This document shows positions 52,186 to 63,385 of a DNA stretch of 64,000 nucleotides, one piece after another. How positions within the stretch are numbered: the stretch's first letter is position 1; each line of letters opens with the position of its first letter. The translations under genes and the position numbers were made by a program. Below the pieces are notes generated by a model, which was given only the letters and a program-made list of their open reading frames with translations, had not been told where the DNA came from and made no database searches. This DNA is from Takakia lepidozioides (Eukaryota; Plantae; Bryophyta), in contig CM060731.1 of assembly GCA_030704615.1 (NCBI GenBank), positions 13,516,001-13,580,000 of the forward strand, in the 5' to 3' direction.

Positions 52186-55100
52186 ATGTTTGGTTGTAAC
52201 AGAAGACATCCTACACCACCAGATTGCGTCCCGGGATTGATTGGAGATATTTGTGGCGCATTCGTATGTCGGAAGTCCTCACATTTTAAAACTGAGCATA
52301 CCGCTATTTTTGAGCTTAACCCAGAGGTGACAGATTGGGGCATCATGCCTGTCGGTACACCTCCTGATCACAAACTGTCTTTTCACTACAGAAAGTCTTG
52401 GAGTAATAACAGACTTAAAATACGCAGAAGCTCTCGATATAGAGCTTGAATTTGAAGATGAAAACCTGATGTTGGTTTTGTTCCTGCATGAGGATGCGAG
52501 AACCCCCAGGACGTTTGGTTTCAAAGTGGAGGTGGGTCATCTGAATAAGTCGTTGATGAGTGAATGCGTTGCATTGGGTTTTAGATTTCCAGACGAGGGC
52601 TCTGTATTTACAGACGTAGGTTTGTCGAGGGCCTGGAGTATTTTTCTAGATCTTCTGCACGCAATGGGGAACGACATTCGCAAGAAGCGAGCACTACAGG
52701 AAGCATCAAAGCCGAAGAAGGGAAAACGCAAGTCGTCGACAACCGGCAATGATGACAATGAGGCCGGGACTTCCGCAGGAAAGAAGAAACAGAAGATCAG
52801 GATCCAGCATTGATGTCAGATAACAAGAGACCTAAAGCTGGGGAGATTTTTAACAAGGAAAAATGCGAGAAGATGGAGGAGAGGCTCACGAAGGAATACA
52901 ATGATGTATTTCCATTCGGATTCGAGAGTACCTTCCTTGTGAAGGTTTCCATGAAGGAACAGCTCCAAGGAGCATGGTTTACAGGCCGTTAAATATCAAG
53001 CATAAGGACGAAGTGAAAGCGCGACTCTTCCAACTTCATTTGTTCGACTCCAAACATCCGGTGTATCTTGCGCCAATCAACCCTTCCAATCCCGAGAAGA
53101 TTGCTTCATCGCGACCGAAGCAATGGAAGGAGATGGACGTATGAAGGTTCTTCGTAATTGGTGGACAATACACCATTGTGGCAGCAAAGGTAATGGACTT
53201 CATTTCCACCCAGACCTCTCTTTTAACGAACCTCCACTGGGCAGTGGAGGTTGGTGTTGAACTACAAAATTGGATATGTCCCCACACTTTCAACTCTCTC
53301 ACCCATTTTACATTAACTGTAGCAGGAACTTCTCGAGGATCTTTCTGACAGCGAACTGAAGGAGTACTACCGGGAGTGGCCTGCGAAGATTGTATGGTCT
53401 ACCGATGAACAAAGGCTCCTGAAGTTGTCAAAGCTCCTCAACGATCCCAATAAGGCGCAAAAGTTTGATACAACAATGCCGGAGAAAGTTGCGCATGCGC
53501 GAATGTTATTCAACCTGAGGGGGAAACCAAAGAAATACAACGATCACACCACAAAGTCCGAGACGAAACAATGGAAGGTATGCATGTATGGGATCAAAAT
53601 CTACTATTCACATTCATTTTATGCTAAAGAATACTTCTATTGTCGGAGTGACAACTAATTTATCCTTGAATGAATGTGCAGGAGTTCATGTTTGCCTGTC
53701 ATTTAATACTAGAAATGGGTAGCATTAAGGAGCCAATGGTCCTGGTACTTTGCGACAACGATGTTTGGAAGATCTGGGAAGATGTTTTCAAAAACTGGGA
53801 GCAGGGAAAGCTACTCGACCCGCTTGGGATACAGTACAAGGGTGAACAACAATAGCTCGCGAAATCTGTTATCGCAAAGGGTTGAACAGATGGCAGCTGA
53901 TAAAAGTTGCGCAGAAAATCCTGGACCTGAAATTGACCATTCGAGATTATAAAGATCAAGACAAATCAATTCAAGGCATGAACAAGTACATAGACGACCT
54001 GAAAATGCGCCGGTTTATTGTCGACGATGTGATGGAAGTGTTGGGGTGGCCTTGGAGGAGCAAACAGTACACGGAACCGTACACTAAGGACGAGTGGCGT
54101 GAAGTGAAGAGAAAGTACCACTTCAATAAGGCAGAGTTCTCAACATTTAAAGACAAACTGGGGACGGATTACATCCAAAGCAAGATCAAGATGAACATGG
54201 AGACAAAACCACTCACGACTGCTTTTGTTAAGTACGTCTCCTCCATCAAGAAAGCTTATGAGGATAGAGAGGATGCCATGGCGATTATTTCAGCGAGTTT
54301 CAAGACTCATTACGCTATCATGGGTGGAGAAACAAAACTCGCTGATGCCAAGTCCCGTCTGCGACTCGCACCGAAGAAACGGTTTGACAACATAACGATG
54401 GTGTTCGTCAATACAGTTTCTGAAGACGACTCTATCGTATTTGAGTCCAACGATTATGTGAACCTACTGGAGGCTTTTGTGGCTCAGAAAATGAACACGA
54501 GTGCTTTTGTTTTCTTCTCGACGCAACCGTCCTCGGCCAATCTGGTCTCCTTCATCCAAAATGGTCCCGGAAGAACATCGTGTCTTGTCCATCAGGGATT
54601 TTATGTTCCAGGAGAGTATGAAAATATTTACAAAAATAGCACGAAGACTTTCTCTCGGACTGTACTGTGCCTGGACTATGTTTTTCCACCGACACCTGAG
54701 GAGATGCAGAATCCGGACGAGCACATCTCCATCGTACTGTTAATCGAGCCAATACAGCCGATTCTGGAAGGGCCCTCTGAGAAGCCATCAGCTTTTGAAG
54801 AAGAGTGCAGGACTTATAATCATGAGCTACGAGCTGACACATACGACTATTTGGCCTCCCTGTTTTGTCGAGACGGGATGTCCGCTGTCAACATCTTTGG
54901 AGGCGTGATGTTGACGTACGCCCTTCATGTAAGTGTAAAACCTTTTTGCATTTTAAATACGAATTTTACATTTTTGATCGAACACGTCCTCTATTTTACT
55001 GACTGGGTTTATCTGCAGGCAAGAAACATTCGAGTGCTTGACATCAACCACTCAACCAAGAAAAAGTTTTGCAAAGAAAAAGTTGAAGCTAATTTTAAGA

Positions 55101-55777
55101 AGCTTCAAATTGAGAATGACAATGTTGCTGAAGAGGTTGACGGCGGAGGCGATGATGAGGATGAGGAGGAGGAAGATGAAGACTTGGAAGAAGGAGGCGG
55201 ACATTCTGAACACGTAGAGGAGGACGAGGGCATCGATGGTAACGGGGACAACGAGGGCCACGATGGTGACAATGCAGACCGTTGGGAGGCTGGACACCTA
55301 GATGTGATTCAGGACTTCAGAACTCAGTCACAGGATGGTATTGAGAACATCACCCAAGACGTTGCGGTCCACAATATCGTGATTCTGGATGGAGATTCGT
55401 CGAGTTCAAGCGAGAGAACTAAAAGTAATCCTGCTTCACCATCAAGGGGTGCGGAGGCGAGCTCAATCGAGGTGCGCGGCAATTTTATTGGGAGTGCAGA
55501 CGACTGGTTCAAACCTGTAGAAGGGGACGAGCCGGCGCCAATGTCCCCGTCTCCCGCGAAAGAGAGGGTAGAGAGAGCGAGGACAAAGAGCCCGTGTCCC
55601 ACAAAAGACAGCGGACACAGAGGGAGGACTAGGAGCCCGTCCCCCGCAAAAATGGACAGTGGTGACAGAGGCAGGACTAAAAGCCCGTCTCCAAGAAAAC
55701 AGCGGAGGCAGAGGCCGAACTTAGAGCCCAACTCGCTCTCAAAGTGTCTCCCAACATGTCAATTTGGATATAGGTAA
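52186..55777 (+). pseudogene. Large spliced protein with ParB/DGQHR-like N-terminal region, acidic tract and RSPSP repeats; disrupted
   Basis: VYRPLNIKHKDEVK..PVYLAP..*RFFVIGGQYTIVAAK|ELL..WPAKIVW..LSKLLND. GT-AG introns at ~53190, ~53578 and ~54929. Includes a 631-aa open segment, frameshifts and TGA at 53142. Confidence 0.6.
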
Positions 55778-56076
55778 TTATGCTCCAAGAACGCACTCGT
55801 CAGGCTGTCAGCGTGCGTTACACTCTTGGAACGCACTCCTCTTAGCCCTCTATTTCAAACAAACAACCTACACTGCCCAGTCGACGTTGCGAGATGGAGG
55901 AGATGAGCCGGAGATGGTCGTTGCTCACCGCGAAGGAAAAGAGAGTGAGCAGCACCATCAGCAAATTCGGAACCCCTCCCCGAAACGGGTATACATCTCA
56001 TAACCATCTTAGCTATGTTCTTCTTTGTCCTTCTTCTAGTTTTCAAAATAAATTAATTGTTCTGTTATTCCACAGG

Positions 56077-56876
56077 ATGATATGATTCACCCTCCAATCG
56101 ACTATCACAAATCTGTGACCCCACAGGATTGGTATTGCCTCTCTGAGGGACCGAAAGGATCTCGACCATGATACTACGTCCTGGTTCTTGACGTCGGTTA
56201 CCTTGGTGAGGTTTACGTCCGAGATGGCCCGAGATCCCCTCCCGCAACCCATCCTTGTGTGTGCGCTGGAAAATTCAAGCTTGCAGTCCGAAATGGGTTG
56301 GACGACTTCCTGAAATGGGTCCTTAAGCATTTTGAGGTCTACTTTTGGAACACTGGACCATTAGAAAATGTCTTGGATATAGGGCTGGCTTTGTTTGGAA
56401 GAAGGTTTTACAAGGTTAGGGAATTCAGCAATGAGAACTGCGTGAAGGATAGACAGACGTTCAGTGCCGAATGGCCCAAATATCCGAAAGCGCCAATATA
56501 TCTTAAACGTTTCTACGACCTTTTCACTGTAGACGACCCTGTAGCTTACAAATCAAACACACTTCTTATCGACACAGTAGAAAATATGTATAAGTCGTAC
56601 TTGAACCCAAAGTCGCTCGGTATCTTCCTTCCAAAATATAAAGCGCTCGTCGACCCATACAAGGACAGGTTTCTTCTGGATGAACTCAAACCTCACCTGG
56701 AAGAGTTGCGGTTATCCGGAAAAGACGCTGATATATTCAACGTGGAAAAATCCATAGGATGTCCACCGTATAATGACCCAAAGGTCAAATGCCTCTTGCT
56801 ATGGGATTTGCAGTGGCAGGTTTATCTTGAAAAACAAACATTTCCTGACGCTTCATTGGAACAGTTTGAAACGTAG
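56077..56876 (+). CDS. FCP1/NIF (HAD-family CTD-phosphatase-like) domain 1
   Basis: VLVLDVGYL..VRNGLDDFLKWVLKHFEVYFWNT..ENC..LKRFYDLF..NTLLIDT..KSYLNP. In-frame TGA at 56169 upstream. The DxDx(T/V) motif is degenerate. Confidence 0.75.
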
Positions 56877-56920
56877 ATGGCTGCTCTAGATTTTCATGAA
56901 CCTCGACTGTACAGTGGACG

Positions 56921-57724
56921 TTGCTCCCAATGTCAATCCTGTCCTTGGTTTATGTTGATTACCACATGAGTGGATGTATGAATTTCTCACAGATTGCAGC
57001 ACGAGTTTCTCCAGTTGCGAAAGGATTGCGCTTGATAATTTTTTACATGAATGGAGTTTTGTGCAAAGTCTTGAAGCACCAGAAGAGCTACTGTGTCCCC
57101 CGAATGTCCGAGATAGACTACAGGATACCAGCTCTTGTTGGATTTCGACTTGTCTATAGGCGGGAAAAATATCGTGAGATGTGGACAGAGTTGAACAAAC
57201 ATTTTCGTCTAGGTATATGGAGCTGCATGATGTACAAGAACCTGCAGCCTATACTGGACTTTATGCTTTGGGGTCTTCCTCAGCCGGCATTCGTTATGTC
57301 TCAGGAAGATTGCATCTCCTGTCCTACTTCTGTCCACCCTCAATTTATATCAGGATACGACCCGCCGAGTCTGTTCTTGAAGCCATTGATGACGGTCTGG
57401 CAAAGATTTGGTGGTCAGTACAACCTGAGTAACACTCTACTTATGGACGATTCAACTATTAAGTGTGTGTTGAACCCGCTTGAATCCTGTCTGATTCTGA
57501 AATGGTTTGAAGCCGTTGAGACGGACTCTTGCTATCTCCAGAAGGTTCTTCAGAAATATTTGCTTGGAATGAAGAAATCTCACACCGTTTCCAGTTATCT
57601 CAGGGAAAAGAGGATAGGACTTAAGCCTTGTCAGAATGTTTCCACCGATCCGAAGTTTAAGCCTCTCCTGGATTATGTTGATGATTATAATTACGGGAAT
57701 CTCCGATATGATGCTTCAAAATAA
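56921..57724 (+). CDS. FCP1/NIF (HAD-family CTD-phosphatase-like) domain 2
   Basis: LIIFYMNGVL..VYRR..HFRLGIWSC..SQEDC..LFLKPLMTVW..YNLSNTLLMDDSTIKCVLNP. Probably spliced to domain 1 (donor ~56820, acceptor ~56992). Confidence 0.85.
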   Translation: MLPMSILSLVYVDYHMSGCMNFSQIAARVSPVAKGLRLIIFYMNGVLCKVLKHQKSYCVPRMSEIDYRIPALVGFRLVYRREKYREMWTELNKHFRLGIWSCMMYKNLQPILDFMLWGLPQPAFVMSQEDCISCPTSVHPQFISGYDPPSLFLKPLMTVWQRFGGQYNLSNTLLMDDSTIKCVLNPLESCLILKWFEAVETDSCYLQKVLQKYLLGMKKSHTVSSYLREKRIGLKPCQNVSTDPKFKPLLDYVDDYNYGNLRYDASK

Positions 57725-58325
57725 AGATTTTATTGATCAACCACATCTGTGATTCAATGTTTATTTTTTATTGGTTTTTTTTATAGGTTGTATTGTTTTT
57801 CTAGAAAAACTGTTGTGTACTGTGATTTCCTTTTCAATCTGAATTGACATGGAATTGTTTGCTATTTCCTAGTCTCATCCAAGCGTTTCTCCACCCCATA
57901 CCATCCCGATCCTCTGAGATACAGGCCTTCTCCGAAACTCGTCTCGGGGGCTTTTTCAAATCCGACAACCTCCACTGTGCAGTGGAGGTTATCCTGTGTC
58001 TGTACATTGACCTTGTAAGTTCTTTTCTGCAGGTTCATGGCGATGCTGCTGATGCCAACTTCTTGTCGAGACCTCCATTGGAATCCTCCATATCAGAAAT
58101 TCGTCTACAGAGGAACAACATTCACACTACTGTTGAGATTTCTGTCATCGACGATGAAGCATCATCCAGGCACTTGGCTTCCCTTCAATTGCACGACCCT
58201 CTTCTTCAGTCCATTCCTGAAAAAGATGTTCTGTCGCAGGATTGTTTAGGATTGAATATCGAAGATGGAAGACAACTTGACAAATGTGCAGGGGATTTCG
58301 TGGACCTCACTCTACAATCCTCACC

Positions 58326-58700
58326 CACTAGAAGAGAAACCGGCTTTTTCCACGGCTTTTTCCACACTTTTTGCTGTGGAATCAACCGCAATCCACACCT
58401 GCCGTGGATGTAAGGAACGACTAGTGCTTTCGGACACCCCGTGGACAGCCTGGCTCTCGGGTGGCCCTATAGAAAAGTCCACATGAGGCTTTTTCCATGG
58501 GTGGGCTTTTTTCACGGGGTGCATGGTGACATGACCACTAACATGGCGGATGGCATAGCTGACATGGCAGAGTGTGAAAAAGGCCAGTGTGGCATGTTTC
58601 ACGACGGATTTCATACCTTGAACAAGCCACTATGCGACACGTGTCATATTTCACACCTTCGACAAGTCACTATGCAACACGTGTTTGTTCTTGTGTGGTG
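58326..58700 (+). mobile_element. CACTA element left end with subterminal repeats
   Basis: CACTAGAAGAGAAACC followed by repeated TTTTCCAC(G)/GTGGA motifs. Confidence 0.65.
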
Positions 58701-58939
58701 GTAAACATTAATTAATTATTATTTGCTTTCCAATATTAAGTTTGAATATTAATGGATTTAATTTATTATTATTATTATTATTATTATTATAGGAAAAATG
58801 GACAGTGGCCTGGATGAGAACATTATTAAATAACAAAATATTGAAATTATGTTTTTAGAAATTATATTTATTCGCTCAAATACCAAAACACACCCTTTCA
58901 GGGAAGGAGAGTTTGCCTTAGTGTCTATGCTGAGTTGCG

Positions 58940-59520
58940 TCTCCTACTCTCTGTAATCTAATAGACATTCACATTTTTCCCTCGGTTGTCCCACCCTTGA
59001 CTGCGGTCAGAAAAGCATTCATTCCACAGCTTCTCCTCATCTCTATTACATGTTTCTGGATACTTTTCTATTGTCACTTTGGCAGTATCATGTCAAAATC
59101 ACTCCAAACTATGTACCATCTACCCATGCAGGTTTCTTGTAGCTAACCCTCCACAAGGAATCATAAGTAATCTGGAGCTTGAAATCTGACCCTCTTGGAT
59201 GACACTCTATCCCTGCTCCTTCAGTTATCCATGCCTCTGCACAGATCATGCATACATCCTTGCATTGCTGTTAGCAGCTGACAATGACAGCCTAGATTTG
59301 TTCCAGCAAACACCCAACTCAACTTATCACGCCAGTTCCTATTCTCAATTGCATCTACCACTCTGTAATCCAAAGGCATTTACCTTCCAAGACGGTTGTC
59401 CCAACATTGACTGGAGTGAGAAAAGTATTCATTCCACAGCTTCTCCTCTCTGTTACCTATTTCTGGATACTTTCCTATTGTCACTTTGGCAGTATCATGT
59501 CAAAGTCACTCCAAACTATC
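58940..59520 (+). repeat. Local ~170-bp duplication (58940-59112 vs 59355-59520)
   Basis: Shared CATTCCACAGCTTCTCCTC..TTTCTGGATACTTT.CTATTGTCACTTTGGCAGTATCATGTCAAA.TCACTCCAAACTAT. Confidence 0.8.
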
Positions 59521-59729
59521 AAAGGTTCACTCAACCAGTTAACTTGCAGAATTCTTAAAACATGAAAATTTATGGCGATTCTGATAAGAGGGGAAAACAG
59601 AGTGAAATGGGTTGAAGAAGGTGCCTGGATTAGCATTGCCTGATTTTATCAATTGTGCCGCTGCTGCTGCGGCTTCTAGTTGACCATCTACCCATGCAGG
59701 TTTCTTGGAGCTATTTTTCCACGGGGAAT

Positions 59730-60320
59730 CACCCCTTCCCGCATCATTGCTTATAGGTCTCCAAAGCCTCAATCCGCGCCCTTGCTGTGCATATCCTGCA
59801 ATCATCGCACTCCACGACACCACATCTCGTTCAGCCATACTGTCAAATACTTCCTTTGCATCCTCGATGCACCCACATTTGGCATACATGCAGTCCACCA
59901 GGGCAGTGTGCAGAATGACATTGGGTACAATTCCAGATTTGACGATGTCACCATGGACCTCTTTGCCCTTTTCCAGAGCTCCTAGGCTTGCACATGCATT
60001 ACAAACAAATGTGATGTGGTTGGGCTTCACCCCTACGCGCAGCAGTTGCTCATAGGTCTCCAAAGCATTCCTACCACACCCATGTTAAATCCTGCCAACA
60101 TTATATTCAACGTGATCAAAGTTCGTTGAGGCATTCCGTTGAACATTCGGTGTGCATTCATGATGCTCCTGCACTTAACATACATGTTCACAAGGGGTTG
60201 AGGAGAAAAACACTTGGTGTGAATCCACTTTGGATAATGTGACTGAAATGCTCCTTGGTTTAAAGGTTGTAGAGCCTCTTTCAGTCTGCCTGCCTCACAA
60301 AGCATCTTCACATGCTTAGA
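59730..60320 (-). pseudogene. PLS-class PPR gene 5' part, degenerate
   Basis: MLCEAGRLKEAL..LVNMYVKC..; NACASLGALEKGKEVH..TALVD.MYAKCGCIEDAKEVFDSMAERDVVSWSAMIAGYAQ with frameshifts. No E/DYW domain seen. Confidence 0.85.
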
Positions 60321-60401
60321 AGAGCAAGAAGAGGCATTATGGACTCCCTCTCTTGATCCTCTTTTAGAAGCTGTGGTATGGTTGAGGTGCCTGATTTAAA
60401 T

Positions 60402-63020
60402 CAGGGCGGCCAGGCCTGCAATGCACACAAACATGATGTGGCCGGGCTGAACCCCTTCCCCCATCATTTGCTCATAGGTCTCCAAAGCCTCCATCCCACG
60501 TCCCTGCTGTGCATACCCTGCAAGCATTGCACTCCACGACACCACATCTCGTTCAGCCATAGTGTTGAACATTCCCTTTGCATCCCCGATGCACCCACAT
60601 TTTGCCTACATATCCACTAGGGTATTGTTCAAAATGACATTTGGTACAATTCCAGCTCTGAAGGTGTCACCATGGCCTCCTTCCCTTTTTCCAGAGCTGC
60701 TAGGGCAGTGTTTCGAATGACATTAGGTACAATTCCAGCTTTAATGATATCCCCATGCACCTCTTTGCCCTTCTCCAGGGCTGCCAGGCTCTCAATGCAT
60801 ACAAACATGATGTGGCCGGGCTGGACCCCTTCCCCCTTCAGTTGCTCATAGGTCTCCAAAGCCTCCATCCCACGTCCCTATTGTGCATACCCTGTAAGCA
60901 TCGCACTCCACGACACCACATCTCGTTTAGCCATAGTGTTGAACACTCCTTTTGCATCCCCGATGCACCCACATTTTGCATACATGTCCACTTCGGTATT
61001 GTTCAGAATGACATTTGGTACAATTCCAGCTCTGAAGATGTCACCACGGACCTCCTTCCCCTTTTCCAGAGGTGCCAGGGCAGTGTATGGAATGACATTA
61101 GGTACAATTCCAGCTTTGATGATATCCCCATGCACCTCTTTACCATTCTCCAAGGCTGTCAGGCCTACAATGCATACAAACATGATGTGGTTGGGCTGGA
61201 CCCCTTCCCCCATCATTTGCTCATAGGTCTCCAAAGCCTCCATCCCACGTCCCTGTTGTGCATACCCTGCAAGCATCGCACTCCACGACACCACATCTCG
61301 TTCAGCCATAGTGTTGAACACTCCCTTTGCATCCCCGATGCACCCACATTTTGCCTACATATCCACTAGGGTATTGTTCAAAATGACATTTGGTACAATT
61401 CTAGCTCTGAAGGTGTCACCATGGACCTCCTTCCCTTTTTCCAGAGCTGCCAGGGCAGTACAATTCCAGCTTTGATGATATCCCCATGCACCTCTTTGCC
61501 CTTCTCCAGGGCTGCCAGGCTTGCAATGCATACAAACATGATGTGGCCGGGCTGGACCCCTTCCACCTTCAGTTGCTCATAGGTATTCAGAGCCTCCATC
61601 CCACGTCCCTACTGTGCATACCCTGTAAGCATCGCACTCCACGACACCACATCTCGTTTAGCCATAGTGTTGAACACTCCTTTTGCATCCCCGTTGCACC
61701 CACATTTTGCATACATGTCCACTAGGGTATTGTTCAGAATGACATTTGGTACAATTCCAGCTCTGAAGATGTCACCACGGACCTCCTTCCCCTTCCAGAG
61801 CTGCCAAGGCAGTGTATGGAATGACTTTAGGTACAATTCTAGCTTTGATGATATCCCCATGCACCTCTTTACCCTTCTCCAAGGCTGTCAGGCCTACAAT
61901 GCATACAAACATGATGTGGCTGGGCTGGACCCCTTCCCCCATCATTTGCTCATAGGTCTCCAAAGCCTCCATCCCACGTCCCTGCCGTGCATACCCTACA
62001 AGCATCGCACTCCATGACACCACATCTCGTTCAGCCATAGTGTTGAACACTCCCTTTGCATCCCCGATGCACCCACATTTTGCCTACATATCCACTAGGG
62101 TATTGTTCAAAATGACATTTGGTACAATTCCAGTTTTGAAGATGTCACCATGGACCTCCTTCCTTTTTTTTCAGAGCTGCCAGGGCAGTACAATTCCAGC
62201 TTTGATGATATCCCCATGCACCTCTTTGCCCTTCTCCAAGGCTGCCAGGCCTGGAATACATACAAACATGATGTGGCCGGGCGGGACCCCTTCCCCCATC
62301 AGTTGCTCATAGGTTACCAAAGCCTCCATCCCATGTCCCTGCTTTGCATACCCTGCAAGCATCGAACTCCACAACACCACATCTCGTTCAGCCATAGTGT
62401 TGAACACTCCCTTTGCATCCTCGATGCACCCACATTTTGCATACATGTCCACTAGGGTATTGTTCAAAATGACATTTGGTACAATTCCAGCTCTGAAGGT
62501 GTCACCATGGAACTGCCAGGGCAGTGTTTCGAATGACATTAGGTACAATTCCAGCTTTGATGATATTCCCATGCACCTCTTTGCCCTTCTCAAGGGCTGC
62601 CAGGCCTGCAATGCATACAAACATAATGTGGCCGGGCTGGACCCCTTCCCCCATCATTTGCTCATAGGTCTCCAAAGCCTCCATCCCACATCCTTGCTGT
62701 GCATACCATGCAAGCATCGCACTCCACGACACCACATCTCGTTCAGCCATAGTGTTGAACACTCCCTTTGCATCCCCGATGCACCCACATTTTGCATACA
62801 TGTCCACTAGGGTATTGTTCAGAATGACATTTGGTACAATTCCAGCTCTGAAGATGTCACCACGGACCTCCTTCCCCTTTTCCAGAGGTGCCAGGGCAAT
62901 GTTTAGAATGACATTAGGTACAATTCCAGCTTTGATGATATCCCCATGCACCTCTTTACCCTTCTCAGGGGTTGCCAGGCTTGCACAAGCATTGCAATGC
63001 ACACAAACATGATGTGGGAG
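60402..63020 (-). pseudogene. Tandemly amplified PLS-PPR array (~7 units of 355-375 bp)
   Basis: The CACATCTCGTT (RDVV) anchor occurs at ~60543, 60917, 61292, 61647, 62021, 62378 and 62733, with stops and frameshifts. Confidence 0.92.
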
Positions 63021-63289
63021 GGCAAAACAAGTTGAAATAGGTCAAAGAAGAAGATGCCCTCACCACATTGTCCTTGAGGTTGTGTCATGACTTGACCGAC
63101 CATCAACCCAAAATGACCTCTTGTGTGTGCTGCTTGTGTCTGTAGTCAGGTAATGTCGGATTGGTCTGTGAGATCAAACCACCACGGTGTAGCTGAGTAG
63201 GCAGAGATTGAAACACGGCCTGCTATGACCAAGCTAACTCTCCCAAGAACGGCAAGCTCGCAAGAATGTTGCGAGCTTCTCCTCGTCTC

Positions 63290-63385
63290 ATCTCCTCCTC
63301 CTCTCCTCCTTCCTGCATCATTTGCTCAACGCCTCCATCCCACGCCCCTGCATATCCAGCGATCATCGCGTTCCATCCCTCGGCT
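63290..63385 (-). pseudogene. PPR fragment
   Basis: WNAMIAGYA.GRGMEA..QMMQEG. Confidence 0.6.

Larger units (their letters stand above)
47970..57990. repeat. Dispersed 24-bp palindrome AACCTCCACTG-NN-CAGTGGAGGTT (~10 copies)
   Basis: 47970, 48231, 48363 (partial), 50963 (half), 51151, 52099, 53229, 55865 (degenerate), 56899 (degenerate), 57967. Confidence 0.9.

Noticed and set aside
59539-59730. PPR E/DYW editing domain
   Set aside because: No PGxSWIE or HxExnCxxC motif seen; KKPAWVDG alone is insufficient.
60378-63012. Plus-strand repeated ORFs (MLNTPFASPMHPHF..)
   Set aside because: Antisense shadows of the PPR array.
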